A DNA stretch of 32,095 bases. Origin: Mycobacteriales bacterium (GTDB taxonomy: Bacteria; Actinomycetota; Actinomycetes; Mycobacteriales; SCTD01). A program made the translations under genes and the position numbers. Under the pieces are notes generated by a model. That model searched no databases, was not told the origin of the DNA, and saw nothing but the letters and a program-made list of their open reading frames with translations. The number at the start of each line of letters is the position of its first letter. Within the stretch, counting starts at the first letter, position 1. The stretch is from NCBI GenBank assembly GCA_046594005.1, contig JBKJQM010000127.1:1-32095 (forward strand). The letters run 5' to 3'. Positions 1 through 9,214 of this stretch are shown piece by piece.

Positions 1-118
1 GGACCGGTTCGCCGCCTGCGGGCCGCGACCGGAGGGTGCGCCGGAGTCCTGCCCGCTCGCGCGCCTGCGCCGCCGGCTCCAGCCAGTCCAGCGGGCCGGC
101 CGCGTGCAGGAGGGTCAC
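1..118 (-). CDS. bioF: 8-amino-7-oxononanoate synthase, N-terminal 39 codons only (gene runs off the left edge)
   Basis: The minus frame from GTG at 118 (GGGAG about 10 nt upstream) reads VTLLHAAGPLDWLEPAAQARERAGLRRTLRSRPAGGEPV. The PLxWL...R..AGLRR.LR.RP pattern matches the conserved N-terminus of KAPA synthases such as mycobacterial BioF1. The fragment is very short. Confidence 0.5.
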   Translation of the reverse strand, partial: MTLLHAAGPLDWLEPAAQARERAGLRRTLRSRPAGGEPV

Positions 119-293
119 GCCGGGCAGTCTCCCAGGGGCGCCGTGGGCGTCCGGGCACGGGGGCACGGCGCCCCGGTCAGAGCGGCCGACCGCCCAGTCG
201 CCACCAGCCGAGCAGCCCGCAGAGCCCGACGGCCAGCGCGTTGACGACGCCGTGGGTGGCCGCGATCTGCGCGATGGACAGGAGCGGCACGTC

Positions 294-764
294 GTGGCGG
301 CGCGGCCGGTGCTCGACGGCGAGAAGGACTTCGAGGCGCGGCTGCTGGGTGTCCTGCGCGCGCGCGTCGACACGATGCAGTCGGAGAAGGACTTCGCCGT
401 CGACTTCTTCCGCTTCGCCGCGGACCCGACGAGCCCGCTGAGCCCGTTCAGCGACGAGTCGGCACCTGCACGCGAGGTGGCGATCGGGCTGTACGCCGAG
501 GCGGTGGAGGGCGCGGTCGGGCTGAAGGCGCCGGCGGACCTGCGCGAGGCGCTGCCGGAGCTGCTCTGGCTCTACCAGATGGGCGTCGTCCTGTTCTGGG
601 TGCACGACGACTCGGCCGGCTCGGCCAAGACCTACGCCCTCGTCGACCGCACGGTGCCCGTCGTCGTGCGGCTCGTCGGGCTGGCGCGGTACCGGCTGCT
701 GCGTGGGCTGGTGACCGACCTGCTGGGGCTGGTGCGCGAGCTGCGGACTCCACCCTCCCGCTAG
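294..764 (+). CDS. TetR-family C-terminal (ligand-binding) domain protein lacking the N-terminal HTH; possibly truncated or a pseudogene
   Basis: The frame is GC3-rich from about 290 to TAG at 764. The tail ...LPELLWLYQMGVVLFWVHDDSAGSAKTYALVDRTVPVVVRLVGLARYRLLRGLV resembles the C-terminal domains of actinobacterial TetR regulators. No HTH-like sequence occurs in any plus frame between 120 and 300. The start is uncertain (in-frame GTG at 252 or 294). Confidence 0.5.
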   Translation: MAARPVLDGEKDFEARLLGVLRARVDTMQSEKDFAVDFFRFAADPTSPLSPFSDESAPAREVAIGLYAEAVEGAVGLKAPADLREALPELLWLYQMGVVLFWVHDDSAGSAKTYALVDRTVPVVVRLVGLARYRLLRGLVTDLLGLVRELRTPPSR

Positions 765-773
765 GTTCTCGCC

Positions 774-1469
774 GTGCCCACCCTCGACCGCGACGGCGAC
801 GTCTTCCTGCTCGACCTCGGCACCGACGAGAACCGCTTCAACCCACCGTGGCTGCAGTCCGTCGGCGCCGCCCTGGACGAGGTCGAGGCGGCCTCGGGTC
901 CCAAGGCGCTGGTCACCCGCGCGACCGGCAAGTTCTGGAGCAACGGGCTCGACCTCGAGTGGCTGGGAGCGCACGCCGAGCAGAGCGGCCCCTTCGTCGA
1001 CGACGTGCACGCGCTGTTCGCCCGCGTGCTGGCCCTGCCGATGCCGGCGGTGGCGGCGCTGCAGGGGCACGTGTTCGCGGCCGGCGCGATGCTGGCCCTG
1101 GCGCACGACCTGCGGGTGATGCGGGCGGACCGCGGCTTCTTCTGCCTGCCCGAGGTCGACATCGCGATCCCCTTCACCCCCGGCATGGGGGCGTTGATCC
1201 AGGCCAGGCTCGCTCCGCAGACGGCCCACGTGGCGATGACGACGGGACAGCGTTACGGCGGCCAGCAGGCCCTGGCGAGCGGCATCGCCGACGCGGCGGT
1301 CGCCGAGGACGAGGTCGTCACCACGGCGGTCGCGCGGGCAGCCGCGCTCGCCGGCAAGGCAGGTCCCACGCTGGGCGCCATCAAGGAGCAGATGTACGCC
1401 GGGCCGCTCGCCCTCTTGAGAACGCGTTCCACCTCGGTGGCAGGAGGCGCCCGCCCGACGGCGAACTGA
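774..1469 (+). CDS. enoyl-CoA hydratase/isomerase (crotonase) family protein
   Basis: 231 aa. The crotonase-like core reads GKFWSNGLDLEW...AALQGHVFAAGAMLALAHDLRVMRADRGFFCLPEVDIAIPF. Codons are GC3-rich and the start is GTG. Confidence 0.8.
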   Translation: MPTLDRDGDVFLLDLGTDENRFNPPWLQSVGAALDEVEAASGPKALVTRATGKFWSNGLDLEWLGAHAEQSGPFVDDVHALFARVLALPMPAVAALQGHVFAAGAMLALAHDLRVMRADRGFFCLPEVDIAIPFTPGMGALIQARLAPQTAHVAMTTGQRYGGQQALASGIADAAVAEDEVVTTAVARAAALAGKAGPTLGAIKEQMYAGPLALLRTRSTSVAGGARPTAN

Positions 1470-1502
1470 GCGGCAACCCGCCTGCAACTCGCTGGAGCAC
1501 CC

Positions 1503-3908
1503 GTGCGCGTCGTCCTCACCGCTTCCCGTCCCCGCCTGGTCGCCGCCCTCGCGGCGGTCACGCTCACCGCGGGGCTCGCCGCGCTGCCCGGCGCCCAGGC
1601 GCAGCAGGCGTCCGGTCCGTACGCCGCGCCCACGGCCCGTGACGCCACGCCCCGGCCGCATGACGCGCCGGTGGCGACCTCGCCGGTGGACGTCGTCAAC
1701 CCGTGCGACCGGACGGTGCTGCCGACGCCCGGCCAGGACGGCACCACGTGCATGCTGCCGTGGCCGAGCAACCTCTACACCACGGGCACCGGCACGGACC
1801 GGCGACTGAACCTGCCGCTGGCCGGGATGCCGAAGAACGCCGCGGGCAAGCCGATCAACCCGCTGCCGTACGCCGACAGCGACGGGTTCTCACCCGGTCA
1901 GCTGATCGTCGTTCGCGTGCCCGGGCTCGACAACCCCGAGGCGTTCCAGCGCACCGGCTCGGTCCCGATCACGGACATGGCCCGCTACCGCGCCGCCGAC
2001 GCCCCGGTCGTCGTCATCGACGTGCAGACCGGCCAGCGGCACCCGATCTGGACCGAGATCGACACCAACCCGCTGAACCCCCTCGCGCAGGCCCAGGTGG
2101 CCTACGACGAGGGTGGCGGCGCCGACGCGGGCGTGCCCGCCCCGCCGGCGCGGCCCGAGAACACGGCCAACGTGAACCTGCTGATCCGGCCGGCCGTGAA
2201 CTTCGTCAACGGCCACCGCTACGTCGTGGGCCTGCGCACCCTGCGCGACAGGACGGGGGCGGTCATCCCCGCGACGCCGACGTTCGCGCAGTACCGCGAC
2301 GGCGGACCGCTGGCCGCTGCCGACCCCCGGACCGAGCGCTACGAGAAGGACGTCTTCCCGGTGCTCACCGAGGCCGGCTTCGCGCGCTCGGACCTCTACC
2401 AGGCCTGGGACTTCTCCGTCGCCAGCGCGACGAACATCGCCGGCCGGCTGCTCCACATGCGCGACGACTCCTTCGCCCAGCTCGGCGACACCAAGCTCGC
2501 GGACCGCAGGGTCCAGGGTGACGCGCCGCCGTTCACCGTCGACGCCGACACGGTCGCCGCGGACGGCGTCCACACGATCACGGGGACGTTCACCGTCCCC
2601 TGCTACATCAGCACGCCGGCCTGCGCGCCGGGCGGTGAGTTCGTCTACGCCGACCCGACGACCCGGATGCAGCCGCTGCAGCTCCCGGGCAACGTGACGA
2701 CCGCGAAGTTCACCTGCAAGGTGCCGCGCCGGGTCTACGACGCGACGACGCTGGAGAAGGTGCGACCGAGCCTGTACGGCCACGGCCTGCTCGGGGGGCA
2801 GGGCGAGGTCGGGCAGGGCCAGGTCGCGGCGATGACCCGTGAGCACGGCTTCATGTACTGCGCGCCGGACTGGGAGGGCTTCGCCACCCAAGACCTGCCG
2901 ACGGTCGCCGCCGCGCTCGTCGACATGGACCGCTTCCCGGCGGTCATCGACCACACCCAGCAGGGCGAGCTGAACTTCCTGCACCTCGCCCGGCTGATGA
3001 TCCACCCGAAGGGACTGTCGTCCAACGCGGCGTTCCAGGTCGACAAGGGCGCGGGCAAGCAGTCCTTCCTCGACACCACGCGCGCCTACTACGACGGCAA
3101 CAGCCAGGGCGGCATCTACGGCGGCACCGTCATGGCGGTCGCCCCGGACATGGACCGGGGCGTGCTCGGGGTGCCCGGCATCAACTACTCCACGCTGCTG
3201 ACCCGCAGCGTCGACTTCGCGCTCTACTCGGTGCCGCTCTACACGACCTACCCGAGCGAGCTCGAGCGGCCGTTGCTGCTCTCGCTCATCCAGATCCTCT
3301 GGGACCGGGCCGATCCCAACGGCTACGTCAACCAGCTCAAGCCGGGCAACGAGCTGCCGAACACCCCTGCCCACAAGGTGATGTACCAGGTGGCGTTCGG
3401 GGACCACCAGGTCGCCAACGTCTCCGCCGAGGTCGCTGCCCGCACCATCGGCGCGGGCCTCGACCCGAGCTCGCTGTCCACCGGACGCTCGCCCGACGTG
3501 ACGCCGCAGTGGGGCATCCCGCGCATCGCGGCCTACCCGTACGACGGCAGCGCCCTGGTCTACTTCGACAGCGGTCCGCAGAGTGCGAGCAACCGGCGAG
3601 GCACCCCGGCGCCGCCCACGACCAACACGCCGCCCAAGCTCGGCCAGGACCCGCACGAGGCCCCGCGCAACACCGCCTGCGGCCGCGTGATGAAGACCAA
3701 CTTCCTGCGCCCGGACGGCGCCGTCACCGCGCCCTGCCTCGGTGCGCCGTACTTCTCCTTCGACTGGCACGGCGCCGACGGCGTGCCCGGTCAGGGGGAC
3801 ACCGTCCAGCCCGGCGACGCCTGGACCTACCCGGCGCCCGCACCCGTCGAGCAGACGCCGACCTGCCCCGGCAAGTCCCGCAAGCCCGGGTGCCCGGCCC
3901 GCGGCTGA
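1503..3908 (+). CDS. large secreted protein with an alpha/beta-hydrolase-like GxSxG site (putative esterase/lipase; family not recognised)
   Basis: 801 aa, with GGAG 6 nt upstream of the GTG. The signal peptide reads MRVVLTASRPRLVAALAAVTLTAGLAALPGAQA. A candidate nucleophile elbow is YYDGNSQGGIYGG and an upstream YGHGLLGG could form the oxyanion region. GC3 is consistently high. Confidence 0.75.
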   Translation: MRVVLTASRPRLVAALAAVTLTAGLAALPGAQAQQASGPYAAPTARDATPRPHDAPVATSPVDVVNPCDRTVLPTPGQDGTTCMLPWPSNLYTTGTGTDRRLNLPLAGMPKNAAGKPINPLPYADSDGFSPGQLIVVRVPGLDNPEAFQRTGSVPITDMARYRAADAPVVVIDVQTGQRHPIWTEIDTNPLNPLAQAQVAYDEGGGADAGVPAPPARPENTANVNLLIRPAVNFVNGHRYVVGLRTLRDRTGAVIPATPTFAQYRDGGPLAAADPRTERYEKDVFPVLTEAGFARSDLYQAWDFSVASATNIAGRLLHMRDDSFAQLGDTKLADRRVQGDAPPFTVDADTVAADGVHTITGTFTVPCYISTPACAPGGEFVYADPTTRMQPLQLPGNVTTAKFTCKVPRRVYDATTLEKVRPSLYGHGLLGGQGEVGQGQVAAMTREHGFMYCAPDWEGFATQDLPTVAAALVDMDRFPAVIDHTQQGELNFLHLARLMIHPKGLSSNAAFQVDKGAGKQSFLDTTRAYYDGNSQGGIYGGTVMAVAPDMDRGVLGVPGINYSTLLTRSVDFALYSVPLYTTYPSELERPLLLSLIQILWDRADPNGYVNQLKPGNELPNTPAHKVMYQVAFGDHQVANVSAEVAARTIGAGLDPSSLSTGRSPDVTPQWGIPRIAAYPYDGSALVYFDSGPQSASNRRGTPAPPTTNTPPKLGQDPHEAPRNTACGRVMKTNFLRPDGAVTAPCLGAPYFSFDWHGADGVPGQGDTVQPGDAWTYPAPAPVEQTPTCPGKSRKPGCPARG

Positions 3909-3927
3909 CCGCTCGTAGGGTGCCCGG

Positions 3928-5487
3928 ATGACCTGGGAACCCGAGCTCGCGGAGCTGGCCCACCGGCAGGCGCTGGCTGCCGAGCTGGGCGGCGCCGAGC
4001 GCGTCGCCCGGCAGCGCGCGACGGGCCGGCGCACGGTGCGCGAGCGCCTCGACGACCTGCTGGACGACGGCAGCTTCGCCGAGGTCGGCAGCGTCGCCGG
4101 CACTGCCGAGTACGACTCGGACGGTGGGCTGACCGGCTTCGTCCCGGCGAGCATCATGGCCGGCACGGGTCGGCTCCACGGCCGTCGGGTCGTCGTGACC
4201 GGCGACGACTTCACCGTCAAGGGCGGCGCCGCGAACCTGCAGCTCGTCGCCAAGCAGGTCGACGTGGAGCGGCGCGCGGTCGCGGAGCGGGTGCCCGTGG
4301 TCCGGCTGCTCGACGGCACCGGCGGTGGCGGCACGGTCGAGTCGCTCGAGCAGTTCGGGCGGACCTACGTGCCATTCAACCCGGGCTGGGACGCCATGGT
4401 CGAGGCGCTGTCGACGGTGCCGGTCGTGACCGCCGCGCTGGGACCGGTCGCCGGGCTCGGGGCGGTGCGCCTGGTGACCAGCCACGTCAGCGTGATGGTG
4501 CGTGAGCTCGCGCAGGTGTTCGTCGCGGGGCCGGCCGTGGTCGAGGCGGGCATGGGCGAGACGGTCGACAAGGAGGCGCTCGGCGGCTGGCGCGTCGCCG
4601 GACGCGCGGGCACCGTCGACCTCGTCGCAGACACCGAGGCCGAGGCGCTCGAGCTGGTGCGCCGGGTGCTGTCCTACCTCCCGCAGCACGTGTGGGAGCT
4701 CCCGCCGGTCGTCGCCTGCGAGGACCCGGAGGATCGCGAGGACGAGGCGCTGCGGTCGATCGTGCCGCGGGAACGGCGTCAGCCGTACGACGTCCGGGCC
4801 CTGCTGCACAGCGTGTTCGACACCGGGTCGGTCCTCGAGCTCGGTCGGCTGCACGCGCCCGGCACCGTCACCGCCTTCGCGCGACTCGGCGGCCGGCCGG
4901 TCGCGGTCCTGTCCAGCGACCCCCGCGTCTACGGCGGCGGGATGACGGCGTCCGGCGCCGACAAGCAGGCCCGCTTCGTCGACCTCGCCGACACGTTCCG
5001 GCTGCCCGTGGTGCACCTGGTCGACCAGCCGGGGTTCGTCATCGGCTCGGCCAGCGAGGCCGCCGCTGTGGTGCGCCACGGCGCGCGGGCGCTGTCGGCG
5101 GTCGAGCAGTCGCGGGTCCCGTGGGCCTCGGTGCTGGTCCGCCGGTGCTTCGGTGTCGCGGGCGCCGGCCACCGTCCCCTGGGTCGCTGGTCGTACCGGA
5201 TCGCGTGGCCGTCGGGCGACTGGGGCTCGCTGCCGATCGAGGGTGGCCTCGAGGTCGCGTTCAAGCGGCTGCTGGCCGAGAGTCCCGACGCCGTAGCGCT
5301 GAAGGAGCAGATCGCAGCCCGGCTCGAGTCCGTCCGCTCGCCCTTCCGCACGGCCGAGAGCTACCTCGTCGAGGAGGTGGTGGATCCGGCCGCCACTCGG
5401 GCACTGCTGTGCGCATGGGCGGCGCAGGCGTACGAGGTCCTCGCGACGCTGCCGGGCGGACCCGTCGGGCGGGGAGCACGCCCCTGA
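3928..5487 (+). CDS. acyl-CoA carboxylase carboxyltransferase (beta) subunit
   Basis: 519 aa. Carboxyl-transferase features include N-terminal RERLDDLLDDGSFAEVG, DFTVKGGA and a second half with SDPRVYGGGMTASGADKQARFVDLADTFRLPVVHLVDQPGF. Confidence 0.85.
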   Translation: MTWEPELAELAHRQALAAELGGAERVARQRATGRRTVRERLDDLLDDGSFAEVGSVAGTAEYDSDGGLTGFVPASIMAGTGRLHGRRVVVTGDDFTVKGGAANLQLVAKQVDVERRAVAERVPVVRLLDGTGGGGTVESLEQFGRTYVPFNPGWDAMVEALSTVPVVTAALGPVAGLGAVRLVTSHVSVMVRELAQVFVAGPAVVEAGMGETVDKEALGGWRVAGRAGTVDLVADTEAEALELVRRVLSYLPQHVWELPPVVACEDPEDREDEALRSIVPRERRQPYDVRALLHSVFDTGSVLELGRLHAPGTVTAFARLGGRPVAVLSSDPRVYGGGMTASGADKQARFVDLADTFRLPVVHLVDQPGFVIGSASEAAAVVRHGARALSAVEQSRVPWASVLVRRCFGVAGAGHRPLGRWSYRIAWPSGDWGSLPIEGGLEVAFKRLLAESPDAVALKEQIAARLESVRSPFRTAESYLVEEVVDPAATRALLCAWAAQAYEVLATLPGGPVGRGARP

Positions 5488-5507
5488 GGGTCGAGTCGTC
5501 GGTGCGG

Positions 5508-6326
5508 CTAGAGACCGGCGCGCGCGGCGCCGAGGCCGACGACGCGGCCGTACTGCGCGCCGAGCAGGCGGGGGAGCGCCGCCATCGCCCAGGCGTCCGG
5601 GCCGACGAGGATGCGGGCCTTGTCACGTCGCAGCCCGCGCACGATGGTCCGGGCGGCCGTCTGCGGTGACGTGCGCGCGAGCTGGTCGAACAGGTCGGCG
5701 GTCTGCGCCGGGTCCTCCGACGCGGTGGTGCGGGCGTTGCGGGCGATGGCCGTCCGGATTCCGCCGGGGTGGATGCAGCTGACGCTGACGGGGGTCCCGC
5801 TGGTCGCCATCTCCTGGCGCAACGCCTCGGTGAAGCCCCGCACGGCGAACTTCGCGGCGTTGTAGGCCGCCTGCTTGGGGACCGCGATGATGCCGAAGAT
5901 GCTGGAGACGTTGGCCAGCTGACCGTCGCCGGACGCGGCCAGGTGCGGCAGGAACGCCTGCGACCCCGCGACGACGCCCCAGTAGTTGATGTCCATGAGC
6001 CAGTGCATGTCCTTGTCGGACAGCTCGGCGACCGGGCCGTGCAGCGCGACGCCGGCGTTGTTGACCACCAGATGCACGGCGCCGAAGTCTGCGGCCACCT
6101 GGTCGGCGTGCGCGAAGACCGCCTCGCGGTCCGCGACGTCCAGCGCGTACGAGCCGACGTCGCCGCCGAACCGGCTCACGACCTGCGCGGTGTCGGCCAC
6201 CGACGCCTCGTCGACGTCGGACAGCGCGAGCCGAGCGCCGTGGCCGGCCAGCTCGATCGCGAGCGCCCTGCCGATGCCCGACCCGGCCCCCGTGATGACG
6301 GCCGTCCTGCCTGCGTAGCCCCGCAC
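5508..6326 (-). CDS. short-chain dehydrogenase/reductase (SDR) family oxidoreductase
   Basis: 272 aa. It has the TGAGSGIG Rossmann motif, NNAG and the catalytic YNAAK. GGGGAGGGG lies upstream of the GTG start. Confidence 0.9.
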   Translation of the reverse strand: MRGYAGRTAVITGAGSGIGRALAIELAGHGARLALSDVDEASVADTAQVVSRFGGDVGSYALDVADREAVFAHADQVAADFGAVHLVVNNAGVALHGPVAELSDKDMHWLMDINYWGVVAGSQAFLPHLAASGDGQLANVSSIFGIIAVPKQAAYNAAKFAVRGFTEALRQEMATSGTPVSVSCIHPGGIRTAIARNARTTASEDPAQTADLFDQLARTSPQTAARTIVRGLRRDKARILVGPDAWAMAALPRLLGAQYGRVVGLGAARAGL

Positions 6327-6382
6327 GTCTGGCCCCTCCCCGCGGCAGCGGCTGCCGTCGCGAGGACGCTACCGGCGGGCGG

Positions 6383-6655
6383 CTACTCGTCCTCGCGGGC
6401 CAGCACCAGGGCGATCTGCGTCAGGAGCTGGCGCGGCTCGAGGTCCTCGCTGGCCGCCGCCATCGGCAGCAGGAGCGCGGACAGGTTGAGCAACCCGAAG
6501 TAGCCCTGTGCGAGGGCGCCGACGCCGTCCTCGTCCACCAGCTGCTGCAGGTAGGCGCCGACCGGCCGGGGGGAGCCGGCCTCCATCTCGAGCAGGAAGT
6601 CCGTCAGGGCGCCGATCGCCGCCGAGGTGGCCGCCCGGCTCTCCGGCGTCGTCAC
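6383..6655 (-). CDS. hypothetical small acidic protein (90 aa)
   Basis: GC3 is very high throughout the frame. The gene is in the same orientation as the SDR gene and 56 nt upstream of it. I recognise no motif. Confidence 0.6.
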   Translation of the reverse strand: MTTPESRAATSAAIGALTDFLLEMEAGSPRPVGAYLQQLVDEDGVGALAQGYFGLLNLSALLLPMAAASEDLEPRQLLTQIALVLAREDE

Positions 6656-6831
6656 GCGCCGAACCTACCGGCGGCGTCGGTCAGGGGTGCTGCGACCAGG
6701 GCGCGCGGCAGTCCGGGCACTGCCACAGGAACTCCACATGGCGCGAACCACCTCCGCGGGACCGAATCTTGCGGCAGCATGCGGGCCGGACGCACCGAGC
6801 GCTCCTGGACGCGTGAGAGGAGCCACACCAC

Positions 6832-8076
<1,245 letters not shown>

Positions 8077-8155
8077 GCGCCGGCTCCGTCGACGCCGGGG
8101 GGTCGATCGCGCACGCGGACGAGCAGGCCGACCTGGTCGTGCTGCCCTCACCCTC

Positions 8156-9214
8156 GTGAGCGAGCGCCGGGCCGGCCCGCCGCCGCTCCTGCGCAGCGCC
8201 GTTCGACGCGTGCGCGGTGTGCGGGCGCGCGCGGAGTCGTGGGACGAGGACCGCCGGCGCACCTGCTGGCCGACGACGCAGCCGTTCTCGGGCGCGAGCG
8301 CACCCCGTGTCGCCGCCGTCGTCGTCAACTACGACACCGCGCAGATGACGGCGCAGCTGGTCTTCTCGCTGATGCGCGTGCTCGAGCCCGGCTCGCTGAA
8401 GAGCATCGTCGTGGTCGACAACTCGCCCGAGCCCGACTCCACGGGTGTGCTCCAGGGCCTGCACGACGCCGGCATCATCTCCCTGCTTCGCAACGCGGTC
8501 CGGCCGTACCACGGTCCCGGTCTGAACCGCGGGCTCTCCCATCTCGCCGAGCAGCAGAGCGCCGGCCAGGGGGTGGATCTCGTGTGGATCCTCGACTCCG
8601 ACGTCATCGTGCTGCGTCCGGAGGCCCTCCGCGCCACCGTCGAGGCGATGTCGCGGTCGGGTGCGGTGCTGGCGGGCCAGGTGCGCAGCCCGTTCCCCCT
8701 GCGCTGGCCGGAAGGACGCGTCCTCCCGAACGAGGCTGACCCGTGGACGATCTGGCAGCCGCACTGGCGGCCGGACGAGGAGCCGGTCGGCGGCGCCGTG
8801 GGGCCGCATCCGCGCTACTGGCCGTACGTGCACGTGAGCAGCCTGCTGCTGGATCCCACGGTCCTGTGGCAGCGCCCGCTGCCGCCCTTCCAGGAGGACG
8901 GCGAGCCCGGAATCGCCCTGCAGGTCGCGCTGCACCAGCAGGGGCTGCGCGCTGTCGACGTGCCGGTGTTCCGCGACGAGCTGCTGCTGCACCTGGGCCG
9001 CGGCACTTCGTTCGCCGTGCGCGACGGGCATCGGTGGCGCAACCGCTACTACCGGTGGTCGCGCTACGAGACCGCGCACCACTTCGAGGGCAACGAGCAG
9101 GGGGCCGTGCGCTACGAGGCGTTCTGGCGGGCGTTCGTCGGGGAGGCGCCCGTCGCCGACGCCGGGGTGGTCGTCGACGCCTGCCTGCGGGCTCGGCGCC
9201 TGTCGTTCGCCTAG
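8156..9214 (+). CDS. family 2 glycosyltransferase-like protein
   Basis: 352 aa. The GT2-type N-terminal fold reads VAAVVVNYDTAQMTAQLVFSL...IVVVDNSPEPDS, followed by a DSD (DxD-like) motif at LDSDVIVL. No TM segment is evident. The start codon is uncertain (no clear SD at 8156). Confidence 0.7.
   Translation: MSERRAGPPPLLRSAVRRVRGVRARAESWDEDRRRTCWPTTQPFSGASAPRVAAVVVNYDTAQMTAQLVFSLMRVLEPGSLKSIVVVDNSPEPDSTGVLQGLHDAGIISLLRNAVRPYHGPGLNRGLSHLAEQQSAGQGVDLVWILDSDVIVLRPEALRATVEAMSRSGAVLAGQVRSPFPLRWPEGRVLPNEADPWTIWQPHWRPDEEPVGGAVGPHPRYWPYVHVSSLLLDPTVLWQRPLPPFQEDGEPGIALQVALHQQGLRAVDVPVFRDELLLHLGRGTSFAVRDGHRWRNRYYRWSRYETAHHFEGNEQGAVRYEAFWRAFVGEAPVADAGVVVDACLRARRLSFA

Noticed and set aside
9211-9214. Convergent genes overlapping at their stops: CTAG at 9211..9214 and 21965..21968, and 8 nt at 30096..30103.
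   Set aside because: Short stop-codon overlaps of convergent genes are common in compact high-GC genomes and need no special explanation.
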